DNA of 64,000 nucleotides from Macrostomum lignano (Eukaryota), in assembly GCA_002269645.1 (NCBI GenBank), contig NIVC01000365.1:186001-250000 (forward strand). Reading direction: 5' to 3'. Position numbers and translations under genes: made by a program. Positions 19,900 to 32,251 of the stretch are shown here, one piece after another. Each line of letters opens with the position of its first letter. Positions within the stretch are counted from its first letter, which is position 1. The notes under the pieces are model-generated. The model searched no databases. It was not told where the DNA came from and saw only the letters and a program-made list of their open reading frames with translations.

Positions 19900-22317
19900 G
19901 CAATTCTAGCGCTGCTGCACGAGCTCAGGGACGCCTACAGCAATGTAGTGGCATTTGTCAGGGAGCTGGCGGTGCAGCTGGCCATGCTGCAGGCCGAGGA
20001 GAAGCGGGCCAAGCGAATCCTGGCCGTTGGAGGCCTCCTGCTGATCAGCGTGTGCCTGCTGACTGTGTGGGGCCACCTGAACCCGAGCATGACCCTGGGC
20101 GCCTTCACCTGCCTGCTGCTGTTTGACCTGTGCTACATCGGCGTCGCCCTGGTCAGCCTCTGGGTTGAGCGGCGCCAGCGCTGTCTGGCCTACACGTTCG
20201 GCTACGAGCGATTCGAAGTGCTGGCGGTGTTCGCCTCCCTGATGCTGGCCATCCTCGGCGTGTTCTTCGTGCTGAAGGAGTGCGTGGAGCGGGCCTTCGA
20301 ACCGCCCGATGTCACGCCTAGCGGCCTGGCGCTTGGCGGCCTCGTTGGACTCGTGGTGCATCTAGTGGCTGTGTACAGGTGTGTGGGTTTCTGTTTGTGG
20401 CTGTGTACAGGTGTGTGGGTTTCTGTTTGTGGCTGTGTACAGGTGTGTGGGTTTCTGTTTGTGGCTGTGTACAAGTGTGTGGGTTTCTGTTTGTGGCTGT
20501 GTACAGGTGTGTGGGTTTCTGTTTGTGGCTGTGTACAGGTGTGTGGGTTTCTGTTTGTGGCTGTGTACAGGTGTGTGGGTTTCTGTTTGTGGCTGTGTAC
20601 AGGTGTGTGGGTTTCTGTTTGTGGCTGTGTACAGGTGTGTGGGTTTCTGTTTGTGGCTGTGTACAGGTGTGTGGGTTTCTGTTTGTGGCTGTGTACAGGT
20701 GTGTGGGTTTCTGTTTGTGGCTGTGTACAGGTGTGTGGGTTTCTGTTTGTGGCTGTGTACAGGTGTGTGGGTTTCTGTTTGTGGCTGTGTACAGGTGTGT
20801 GGGTTTCTGTTTGTGGCTGTGTACAGGTGTGTGGGTTTCTGTTCGTGGCTGTGTACAGGTGTGTGGATTTCTGTTTGTGGCTGTGTACAGGTGTGTGGGT
20901 TTCTGTTTGTGGCTGTGTACAAGGCTGTAACAGTTGCGTATACCTTCACAGCCGCAGATTCCATTTATTGCCCAACCGTTCCCCCCCCCCACTCCAGCGT
21001 GGAGAACCCGGCCTACAATCACGTGATCGACGCCAGCACGTCCAGCTGGCTGCAGGAGCACGTGACTGACATCAGCGAGAGCCTGTGCCATCACGTGCCG
21101 GGCCTGAGCAAGCTGCTGCTGCCCAGGCTGAACCCCCTGGCCCTGCTGGGGGTGTCCTCGGCCATGTGCCTGTTCCTGGCCAGCTGCCTACTCGACGCCT
21201 ACCAGTCCTCGCTGGCCGACATCACAATGGCCGTACTGGCCGCCTTCGTTGTCGTGGTGACCATGGCGCCAATGGCCGCCTACTGCGGCAAGATTCTGCT
21301 GCAGAGCACCCCGGCTCACCTGGTCGGCCAGCTGGACAAGGCGCTCGGCGAGGCCGCCACGCTTGACGGGGTGCTGGAGCTTCGCAAGGAGCGCACCTGG
21401 CTGACCGGCTTCGGACAGCTCAACGGCTGCCTGCAGGTGAGGCCTATTTGATGTATTCTGTGTAGTTTATTCATGACTGTGTACAGGTCTGTGTACTCTA
21501 TTCGTGTCTGTGTACAGGTCTGTGTACTCTATTCGCGTCTGTGTACAGATCTGTGTACTCTATTCGCGTCTGTGTACAGATCTGTGTACTCTATTCGCGT
21601 CTGTGTACAGATCTGTGTACTCTATTCGTGTCTGTGTACAGGTCTGTGTACTCTATTCGCGTCTGTGTACAGATCTGTGTACTCTATTCGTGTCTGTGTA
21701 CAGGTCTGTGTACTCTATTCATGTCTGTGTACAGATAGGTACAGTGTATCCGATTAGTGACTGTCATTTTTTCAGAAAACTTTGGCCATTTTGAAGCCCC
21801 AAATTGCCATTTTTCGCCTGTTTTCTGTTCGTAAAAATCTGCAAAAGCAGAGTAAATTCTAATCCCAACGTCCCAGGTTCGAGTCCGCCGCGACGCCTCC
21901 GAACAGCTTGTGCTGGCCCACGTGACCAACCGGCTGGCCCACCTGGTGCCCGGCCTCACAGTGCAGGTCTACAAAGATGACTGGAGCCGCGGCCTGCAGC
22001 CCTCCGCCAGCTGGGTGGCGCCCCGCTTCAACCCGTTCGCCCCGCCCGCCGCCCCATCCGCAGCCGCCGCCTCCCACGCCGTCGCCCCAGCCTCCTCGGC
22101 TTCTTCATTTCTCGCCGGTTCTTCATCACCACATCCGTCAGCAGCGTCGACCGCGGTGTCCGAGGCCAACCTGCCGGACCTGCTGCTGCCCGCCAGCTTC
22201 GCTCCGCCGAACCCCTTCACCAGCCACGCCGGGGTCAGCTTCATGCTGCCGCCGCCCCCGCCGCCTCCGCCGATGCCTCCGTCGACATCCAGTTCGACGT
22301 TTCATCAGCGCTACTGA
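19900..22317 (+). CDS. SLC30A6: Zinc transporter ZnT6 (cation diffusion facilitator); start codon not located
   Basis: Exons 19900-20378, 20998-21436, 21877-22317 (1359 nt, in frame). Motifs: YTFGYERFEVLAVFAS, ASTSSWLQEHV, KILLQSTPAHLVGQLDK, TLDGVLE, VRRDASEQLVLAHVTNRL, TVQVYKDDW; all typical of ZnT6. Confidence 0.93.
20367..20925. repeat. 32-nt minisatellite GTGGCTGTGTACAGGTGTGTGGGTTTCTGTTT spanning the ZnT6 exon 1 donor
   Basis: ~17 copies; the first copy straddles the exon/intron junction at 20378/20379. Confidence 0.95.
21476..21735. repeat. 31-nt minisatellite CTGTGTACAGATCTGTGTACTCTATTCGCGT in ZnT6 intron 2
   Basis: Period 31 (21477, 21508). Confidence 0.92.
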
Positions 22318-22467
22318 GCTGCATGACAATTGCCTCGCAATGCGCATATCCGGGGATGTACATATACACAGTGGGGCTTGCTTTTGTTCAGCTACTATGT
22401 AACTATGCTGAGCCTTTTGGTGAATGGTTCTTGGACTGATGTACAATATTATTACTCTTGCTGTCTC

Positions 22468-22488
22468 AATAAATCATTGATGAATAAA
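22468..22488 (+). other. Two AATAAA polyadenylation signals after ZnT6
   Basis: AATAAA at 22468 and 22483, ~150-170 nt after the stop, followed by a T-rich tract. Confidence 0.55.
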
Positions 22489-22701
22489 TAATCTTGAATT
22501 TTGTTGGTTGCGAAATTGTTTTACTGCTTTTATCTTTTTTACTAGGCTAGTTATTTTCACCCTTAGTGATCAAGTTTAGTCATGTCTCAGTGATGTTTCA
22601 GTCATGCCTCAGTCATTAATCGCCTCAGTCATGCCTCAGTCATACCTGAATAGCCAGTTCAGTCATTAATTCCCTCGCCTATCGGCCACCTTCCAGTTGT
22701 C

Positions 22702-25700
22702 ATGGCAACGCCAGTCGCCCTACCAACGGACCTGGCCAATTGGCCCAAGCTGAAGCGCCACCTGGAGGCCCTGAAGCGAATCGAGCCGAACCCTGAAGCG
22801 CTGGTGAAAGTGCTGGACGACCTGCACGAGGAGTACATGCTGAACTACGTCAGCCCGGCCACGGGCGCCGGTTCCGCGCGCTCGTTTTTCACTGGACTGC
22901 GCCGGTTCATTGAGCAGCGCATGAGCGATGAGCAGCGCAAGCAGTTCTTCCAGGGCCTGCTGCCCTTCCTGGTGGACCGCGTGCTGGCCTTGGAGGCTGG
23001 CAGGGAGCCCCTGAACTACGCCTGCCAGCAGGAGGGTGAGATGCTCTCTGCTCTGTGTGTGGTACAGCCTGTGCTTACAGCCTGTTTACAGACTGCACAG
23101 TGTGTTACAGCCTGTGCTTACAGACTGGACAGTGTGTTACAGCCTGTGCTTACAGCCTGTTTACAGACTGGACAGTGTGTTACAGCCTGTGCTTACAGAC
23201 TGGACAGTGTGTTACAGCCTTTGCTTACAGACTGGACAGTGTGTTACAGCCTGTGCTTACAGACTGGACAGTGTGTTACAGCCTTTGCTTACAGACTGGA
23301 CAGTGTGTTACAGCCTGTGCTTACAGACTGGACAGTGTGTTACAGCCTGAATACTGTACAGAGTATACCAGTCTAACAGTTAAATAATCCCAATCAAAAT
23401 CCCTAGCCTCGGTCACTGTGCTAAGTCGCGAGTTCGTATCCTCGCTATTGTCGGCCGCGTTCCTCTGCGTGATGCCGCAGCACCCCAAGGACCTGGCCAT
23501 CAGCATGTCGGCCAACGGCTTTCCCGCCTTCTTCGCCGCCATTCAGGAAGCGTGAGCGATTTTTCACAGTATTTTCTAGTGTATTACTATAAGTAGAGCA
23601 GTGAAGGATTTGCTGCTAATAATTTCTGCTGCAGGACTCCGCACCAAGCAGAGAAGCTGCAATGCGTTCTCAGCTACTTCGAACGGCTGCAGCGGGAGGG
23701 CCTGCCCGCCGGCAAGCTGGTTGTCGCCCGCTCCGTCTTGCCGTCCAAGGAGCTGCTGACCTCCGCCAAGCTGGCCGCCAGCTCCCGCCCGCTCTGCCGC
23801 TTGCTGGTGGAGCCCGAGGCCTCCATGAAGGACGCCGACACCAACCTGCTGCACGTCTGCTTTGGCAACAGCTTCCTGGGCGGCGGGGTGCTCTTGACTG
23901 GCGTGTTGCAGGTGCGTCTTCTGCTTCTCATCCCTCCCATCTCATCCCCTCCCATCTCATTCCCTCCCATCTCATTCCCTCCCATCTCATTCCCTCCCAT
24001 CTCATCCCCTCCCATCTCATCCCCTCCCATCTCATTCCCTCCCATCCCATCCCCTCCCATCTCATTCCCTCCCATCTCATCCCCTCCCATCTCATTCCCT
24101 CCCATCTCATTCCCTCCCATCTCATCCCCTCCCATCTCATCCCCTCCCATCTCATCGCCTCCCATCTCATCCTCTCCCATCTCATCCCCTCCCATCTCAT
24201 CCCCTCCCATCTCATCCCCTCCCATCTCATCGCCTCCCATCTCATCCCCTCCCATCTCATCGCCTCCCATCTCATCCCCTCCCATCTCATCCCTTCCCAT
24301 CTCATCCCCTCCCATCTCATCCCCTCCCATCTCATCCCCTCCCATCTCATCCCCTCCCATCTCATCCCCTCCCATCTCATCCCCTCCCATCTCATCCCCT
24401 CCCATCTCATTCCCTCCCATCTCATTCCCTTCCATCTCATCCCCTTCCATCTCATCCCCTCCCATCTCATCCCCTCCCATCTCATTCCCTCCCATCTCAT
24501 TCCCTCCCATCTCATCCCCTCCCATCTCATCCCCTTCCATCTCATCCCCTTCCATCTCATCCCCTCCCATCTCATCCCCTCCCATCTCATCCCCTCCCAT
24601 CTCATCCCCTCCCATCTCATCCCCTCCCATCTCATCCCCTCCCATCTCATCCCCTCCCATCTCATCCCCTCCCATCTCATCCCTCCCATCTCTTTCTCAA
24701 TTCACCCCTTCTCCCCATCTCTCCCGTACTCTGACTCTCCCATCTTACTAAAAGTAGTCAGTTCATGGTTAAACCCAGCCCTGCCGCCAACCCCACCCCA
24801 GGAGGAGACCCTGTTCGTGCACAACCCGGAGCTCATCACCTCCATGCTGTTTGTGGAGGCCATGGACAACAACGAGGCCGTGTACATCATGGGCTACGAG
24901 CCGTTCAGCCAGTCCGACGGCTACGGGCTGAAAATGAAATTCACCGGGCAGGTGCGCGAATCGCTCCAGCCGGACGAAGCCGGCATTCTGCCGCGCCGCC
25001 TCGTCTCCATGGACGCCGTGCCGTACCGCGGCTTCCCCGCTGAGCAGTACGTTAAGCAGAACCTGCTGCGCGACACCAACAAGGCTTATGTGGCATTTCG
25101 GCAGTCTTATAAACAGGTGAGAGTTTTGGCCTTTATAATGAACCCGCTTGCTCATTATATACGATATCCCACACCCCATGTACATATGCCTCTCCCCCAC
25201 CCCATGTACATATGCCTCTCCCCCACCCCATGTACATATGCCTCTCCCCCACCCCATGTACATATGCCTCTCCCCCACCCCATGTACGTATGCCTCTCCC
25301 CCACCCCATGTACGTATGCCTCTCCCCCACCCCATGTACATATGCCTCTCCCACCCCATGTACATATGCCTCTCCCCCACCCCATGTACGTATGCCTCTC
25401 CCACCCCATGTACGTATGCCTCTCCCACCCCATGTACGTATGCCTCTCCCACCCCATGTACATATGCCTCTCCCACCCCATGTACATATGCCTCTCCCAC
25501 CCCATGTACATATGCCTCTCCCACCCCATGTACGTATGCCTCTCCCACCCCATGTACATATGACTCTCCCACCCCATGTACGTATGTATGCCTATTCTCA
25601 CCCAGTGCACATTTGCCCTACATATCGATTAAATTGCGGCATGCCTCAATGAGACTGAGCCTGTCCTCATGGCGTTGAATGACTGGCTTTACAAACAATT

Positions 25701-27076
25701 GCTCTGTTTCACAACAAATAAAGCGATTTTTTGCAGTCATTAATTGAAAAGCAGTGAGCGACGTTCAATCATTATCTAAACTACTCAGTAAGTAGTTTGC
25801 TATGCAAAAGAGCAGCGTATGTTTTTATGTGGATTTTCTCGTTTTTCGACGTTATTTTTTGCTCTTGTACTCGCTTTTAGTTCCAGCATGTCTGTCTGTC
25901 TATTATTTCAATTTCATTTTTTAGTCTTTATTTCTAACAGTGCTTCCTTGAGTGAAAGCCCAGAGTGTTACTTGGAGTGACAGTTCAGACTGCTACTTGG
26001 AGTGATAGTTCAGAGTGCTACGGATAGTAAAAGTCCAGAGTGCTACTTGGAGTGACAGTTCAGACTGCTACTTGGAGTGATAGTTTAGAGTGCTACGGAG
26101 AGTGAAAGTCCAGAGTGCTGCTTGGAGTGACAGTTCAGAGTGCTACGGAGAGTGAAAGTCCAGAGTGCTACTTGGAGTGACAGTCCAGAGTGCTACTTGG
26201 AGTGACAGTCCAGAGTGCTACGGGGAGTGACAGTCCAGAGTGCTACTTGGAGTGACAGTCCAGAGTGCTACGGGGAGTGACAGTCCAGAGTGCTACTTGG
26301 AGTGACAGTCCAGAGTGCTACGGGGAGTGACAGTCCAGAGTGCTACGGGGAGTGACAGTTCAGACTGCTATGGAGAGTGACAGTCCAGAGTGCCACGTGG
26401 AGTGACAGTCCAGAGTGCCACGTGGAGTGACAGTCCAGAGTGCTACGGGGAGTGACAGTCCAGAGTGCTACGGAGAGTGAAAGTCCAGAGTGCTACTTGG
26501 AGTGCCCCAGGAGTGACCGTGGTGTGCAGATCAGCTTCCGAGCAGTTGCCCCCCACCTCGCTCTTCATCCCGCTTCAGTGTCCCGAGCTGGCTGCCAGCG
26601 CGCCCCGCGGCGTTGTCACGGGCAACTGGGGCTGCGGCGCCTTCGGCGGCGACCCTCAGCTGAAGTCTTTGCTGCAGTGGCTGGTGGCCTCCCAGCTGGA
26701 GCTGCCGGTGCTGCAGTATCACAAATTTTCCGATTCTCGGGTTGACCGGGTAAGTGCAAATTTATGACTGGTTAAATAGATTTCGAAACATATCGGCATT
26801 TAGTAGCAGCAGTAGAAGTTCTCATTTCTAGTTAGTAGCATAAATAGAGTTTTTTCGTTCTAATTATCTAATCTTACGAAATGAAAGCATCGGATTTCCA
26901 TCCCCGTTCAACCGCGGCAGCTGGAGGAGGTGTCCGAGAAGCTGCAGTCGGCCAAGTGCACAGTCGGACAGCTGTGGAAGCGCATCCTGGATTATTGCAA
27001 GATCGCCTCAAAGGAGTTTGAGAAGACAGACTCGCTGCAGACCGAGCTGTTCGCCCACCTGCTCAAGACTGCTTAG
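22702..27076 (+). CDS. PARG: Poly(ADP-ribose) glycohydrolase, catalytic-domain-only form (~465 aa)
   Basis: Exons 22702-23035, 23407-23551, 23635-23911, 24802-25116, 26579-26749, 26921-27076 (1398 nt). Signature [11 protein letters not shown]|[17 protein letters not shown], plus [10 protein letters not shown] and [26 protein letters not shown]. Confidence 0.92.
23060..23360. repeat. 32-nt minisatellite CAGTGTGTTACAGCCTGTGCTTACAGACTGGA (PARG intron 1)
   Basis: Direct tandem copies. Confidence 0.9.
23931..24690. repeat. 15-nt minisatellite CATCTCATCCCCTCC (PARG intron 3, between the Q and EE of the catalytic motif)
   Basis: ~50 copies. Confidence 0.95.
25168..26515. repeat. Two arrays in PARG intron 4: ~24-26-nt CCCCATGTACATATGCCTCTCCCA (25168-25585) and 25-nt GAGTGACAGTCCAGAGTGCTACTTG (25950-26515)
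   Basis: Direct observation. Confidence 0.9.
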
Positions 27077-27914
27077 GCGCTTGATGAGGCCTCCAGTTGC
27101 CGTGACCCCCTCTCAGTTTTAGCTCCGAGGGTCCTCACCGACCTACTGATAGTAGAGCAGACAGAAAGTCTTTGAAACTTTATAAATCAGTTCGAGCACA
27201 TTTCTGTAGACGTTTCTAGCGATCATCCCTGGCCAGGAATCGAACCCGGGACGCCAAATTACACTCTTTGCATACCCCAGCTGTTTTGTGCCTCCCTGTA
27301 GGCTGTGTCTTTTTTAAAACTTTTTTACTCATTGAAATTTTATTCTTTTCGAGTTTTTCCCACCTTAAGGTGCCCAGTTTTGCTCAAACACAATTTGGCA
27401 TGTTCTGCCTTTGCTGCTTGTTGCTAACCGCCTTGTCGTGTGTAAAAATTGGCCTTTTTAATTATCGGAAAGAAACCGATCTCGCCGCCCCATTGCTTCT
27501 CCCATTGTTTTGATGTTTTTTGCGGAATTCGAACCAAAGACCGCGTCTTAATACTGTGCGGTTCGTATTGAAATTTTGCACAGTTTAACCGAGTTTTACT
27601 CTTAGCAACCGGCTTTTTCTAGCTAACCCTTTTTTCCTGTGTTCTATTCAGAGCCTCTGACTTAACCTTCAACATTCGCGACTGTTTTTAAAGACGCCGT
27701 CCGTCCCAGTCACTTCTGTTTTGTGCGGCTGTTTGGTGTCCGCTTATTTCAGATTGGCTTTTCCATAAATATAAACTGAGCTGCCCGCTTCTGGTCATCA
27801 TCAGCTGATCATAAGGAGCTGCTGGTCTGGCAGATTCACTTGAAACATTTTGCCTGCCTTAATTGTTACTTTTTTTCTATGATATATGGAGTTCCTGTGT
27901 TTCTGTAAGGGCAT

Positions 27915-29500
27915 CAGTTCTGTGAATGCATCGATTCTGTGAAAACAGTGATTGTGTGAATGTATCGGTTGTGTGAATGCATCGGTTGTGTGAATGCATC
28001 GATTCTGTGAATACTGTGATTGTGTGAATCTATCGATTCTGTGAATGCATCGATTCTGTGAATGCATCGATTCTGTGAATGCATCGATTCTGTGAATGCA
28101 TCGATTCTGTGAATGCATCGATTCTGTGAATGCATCGATTTTGTAAATGCATCAATTCTGTGAATGCATCGATTCTGTGAATACAGTGCTTGTGTGAATG
28201 CATAGATTCTGTGAATTAATCGATTGTTTGAATGCGGTAATTTTCTGATTACATTGATTCTGTGACTACCAGTGATTCTGTGAATTCATCGATTCTGTGG
28301 TTTTTTTAATGCATCGTCTCTGTGAATATAGTGGTTTGTGAATGCATAATTCTGTGAATTCATCGACTTTGTGAATATAGTGGTTTGTGAATGCATAATT
28401 CTGTGAATTCATCGACTTTGTGAATATAGTGGTTTGTGAATGCATAATTCTGTGAATTCATCGACTTTGTGAATATAGTGGTTTGTGAATGCATAATTCT
28501 GTGAATTCATCGACTTTGTGAATATAGTGGTTTGTGAATGCATAAACTCTGTGAATTCATCGACTTTGTGAATATAGTGGTTTGTGAATGCATAATTCTG
28601 TGAATTCATCGACTTTGTGAATATAGTGGTTTGTGAATGCATAATTCTGTGAATTCATCGACTTTGTGAATATAGTGGTTTGTGAATGCATAAACTCTGT
28701 GAATTCATCGACTTTGTGAATATAGTGGTTCTGCGATTGAATTAATTCTGTGAATATAGAAGTTCTGCGATTGAATTAATTCTGTGAATATAGAAGTTCT
28801 GCGATTAAATTAATTCTGTGAATATAGAAGTTCTGCGATTGAATTAATTCTGTGAGTATAGAAGTTCTGCGATTGAATTAATTCTGTGAGTATAGAAGTT
28901 CTGCGATTGAATTAATTCTGTGAATATAGTGGTTCTGCGATTGAATTAATTCTGTGAATATAGAAGTTCTGCGATTGAATTAATTCTGTGAATATAGTTC
29001 TGCGATTGAATTAATTCTGTGAATATAGTGGTTCTGCGATTGAATTAATTCTGTGAATATAGTAGTTCTGCGATTGAATTAATTCTGTGAATATAGTAGT
29101 TCTGCGATTGAATTAATTCTGTGAATATAGTAGTTCTGCGATTGAATTAATTCTGTGAATATAGTGGTTCTGCGATTGAATTAATTCTGTGAATATAGTA
29201 GTTCTGCGATTGAATTAATTCTGTGAATATAGTAGTTCTGCGATTGAATTAATTCTGTGAATATAGTAGTTCTGCGATTGAATTAATTCTGTGAATATAG
29301 TGGTTCTGTGATTGAATTAATTCTGTGAATATAGTGGTTCTGTGATTGAATTAATTCTGTGAATATAGTGGTTCTGTGATTGAATTAATTCTGTGAATAT
29401 AGTGGTTCTGTGATTGAATTTATTCTGTGAATATAGTAGTTCTGCGATTGAATTAATTCTGTGAATATAGTGGTTCTGTGAATTCACTGATTCTGTGAAT
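27915..29500. repeat. Satellite with 17-nt monomer, 49-nt and 34-nt higher-order units
   Basis: GATTCTGTGAATGCATC monomers; period 49 at 28322/28371; period 34 at 28731/28765. Confidence 0.92.
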
Positions 29501-29855
29501 GCATCAACTTTCACAGTATCAAAATTTTCAAATGGACTAGTTTTGCAAACACAATTGTTCTGTGAATGCAGTAGCTTGGTGAATGGGTTAAATAAAAAGA
29601 TAAGTGAAAAGCAATTAATATATGGGATACAAAGCTTTTTTGCAATACCTCTATTTCAAGAATTAATTTGTCAATTATCAAAGACCGCCAGGTCTGTCTC
29701 TGCCGTCTATGGCATGCAGACCCTGAGCAGATGAATTAGGCTAAACTGTGATGTTGGTCAGTTGTTTATAGCACTCAACTCAAATCGATGTGAGATCTTG
29801 ACCGGATCGGCACCAAGATCAAACAGATAGCAGCTCAAGTCGTTTTTGCAAAGCA

Positions 29856-32199
29856 ATGCAAGCACCTGGCTTCAGTCGCACTGCGGCCGTGTCTGCAGCC
29901 GCCAGCACCGACCTGGTGAGCACGGCGGAACAGCCCACTGGCACCTCGGCTGAGGCCGCCTTCCAGCAGCAGCCAAAGTCTGCGTCAGCAGCACCGCAAC
30001 AACCGCCGCAGTTGGCGTTGAGTGCCTCGTCTTCATCGGCGTGCCGTCAGGCCAACTGGCTAGTGGGCGTCGAGCCGCAGGATATCCGGTTTCCGGTGAG
30101 GAATGAGGGGTGCTGGCTGAGGGGTTGTCAGAGAGAGGAATGAGGGGTGCTGGCTGAGGGGTTGTCAGAGAGAGGAATGAGGGGTGCTGGCTGAGGGGTT
30201 GTCAGAGAGAGGAATGAGGGGTGCTGGCTGAGGGGTTGTCGGAGAGAGGAATGAGGGGTTGCCGGAGAGAGGAATGAGGGGTTGGCGGAGAGAGAAATTA
30301 AGTTTAGATTACGGAAATCAGACTAGAAATTTATAACCCTTAGGGCTCTTAAAAATTAATTAGATATTTTACCTTGGCATATTTGAACTCTACGATCCAC
30401 ACATGTCTCATGTAGCTACATGTAAGCTAAAAATACTTGCTTAGTACTCATCACCCTACTTTCCAGGTGAACATCGCCCAGGTAGCCTTCACCGCCACCT
30501 ACTTTGCCGCGCTTACCTCCGACCGCCGCAAAGTCTACGTCAACCGCCGGCAGCCTGGCGCCGCCGGCAACTGCAAGCGACGCGCCATCGACTTCCCGGC
30601 GGCCGATCGGCGGCCAGTCAGCCTGGTTTCCTTCGACCACCGCGATGTGCTCTGCGTGGTCCTGCGCAGCCGAGTCGAATTCCACTGCCTGGCCAGCGGC
30701 ACCCGGGTCGGCGCGTACGAGACCCCGACAGCCGAGGTCGTCGCCGCCGCGTCCAGGCACGGCCGGTCGCCGCTCGGTGCTCTCTGGTGCTCCTTCGGGG
30801 GCAGCGGCAGCTCCTCGCGCAAGTCAGCCTCCTCCGAGGCCGCCTTCACCGTGTGGACGGACCGGACAGACGCACCGAAGCGGGCGCTGCTGCTCGGACA
30901 GTCAGTGGCCGGCAGGGCGGAGAGGTTCCTCCGCTTCCACTGGACCTCTGAGGACGCCGTGCTGCTCGTGTCTCGGCTGGCCGGCTCGGGCTCCAGCCAG
31001 GTGCGGCTTCTGTAGATCTCTTTTGAGTTCTGTAGATCTTTTTTGGGTTCTGTATATCTTTTTTGGGTTCTGTAGATCTCTATTGGGTTCTGTAGATCTC
31101 TTTTGGGTTCTGCAGATCTCTTTTGGGTTCTGTAGATCTCTATTGGGTTCTGTAGATCTCTATTGGGTTCTGTAGATCTCTATTCGATTCTATAGATCTA
31201 TATTCGGTTCTGTAGATCTCTATTGGGCTCTGTAGATCTTTAATGGGCTCTGTAGATCTCTATTTGGTTCTGTAGATCCCTATTGTGTTCTGTAGATCTC
31301 TATTGGGTTACGTAGATCTCTACTGGGTTTTATAGATCTCTATTGGGTTACGTAAATATCTACTGGGTTTTGTAGATCTCTATTAGATTCTATAGATCTA
31401 TATTCGGGTCTGTAGATCTCTATTGGGCTCTGTAGATCTCTATTGGGTTCTGTAGATCTCGGTGGGCTCTTGAAAATTGATATCAGGATTCCGAGAGGTT
31501 TCCTTGCTCGCCATTAGATCTTGCTGTTTAGGGTTCACTAGACCATTTGTATAGAGCCTGTAGATCTTGTTCTCTAGACCAACCAGTAGCAAGCAGCGAA
31601 CCGCTCCCAGAACCCCCCTCTCCCACCGGTCGCAGCGCCAGCAGCAGCAGGCGGAGCCGCAGCCGCTCATCTTCAGCGCCTTCGACACGGCCGGGCGGCG
31701 CCCAATGCAGCGGCTCTGCCGGCGCAGCGTCCACTCGGCCCGCCAGTTCTGCCTGTCCCCAGACGGCTCCCTCCTGCTGCTCAGCGGCGGCTCCCGCCAC
31801 CAGCTGCTTGAAGCCGCCACGCTGCGGCCGCTGCTGACCCTGCCCCGCCGGCAGTCCTCGCCGCTGCCCATTGCCGTCACCAACGCCGGCGACCTGCTGC
31901 TGCTGCGACCGCAGCCGCCGGCCTGCCTGGAGATTCACCGTCGCGGCGTCGGCCTCGGGCCGCCGAAGAGCTTCGAGCTGGCCGGCCTCCTGCTTGGCGG
32001 CGGCGGCGGCGTCGGCGGAACCGCCAGCGGCGAGTTTCGCCTCTACGCCATCGGCGACTTCGCCGCGCTGCTGGTCTTCGAGCGGGGCGCCCGGGCGACT
32101 GGCGCTGACGACGCCACAGCGGGCACCGGCGGAGGCGGCGGTGGCGACTGCGTAGACGGCCGAAGGACCAGCAACTCGGAGCTGCCGCACTCGCAGTCG

Positions 32200-32251
<52 letters not shown>

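Noticed and set aside
15634-27076. Functional link between periphilin and neighbouring PARG (the HUSH subunit TASOR has a pseudo-PARP domain)
   Set aside because: Adjacency alone is not evidence; the intervening and flanking genes are functionally unrelated.
27225-27300. Minus-strand CCCGGGTTCGATTCCTGG resembling a tRNA T-arm/B-box
   Set aside because: No A-box, D-arm or acceptor-stem pairing found; at most a SINE fragment.
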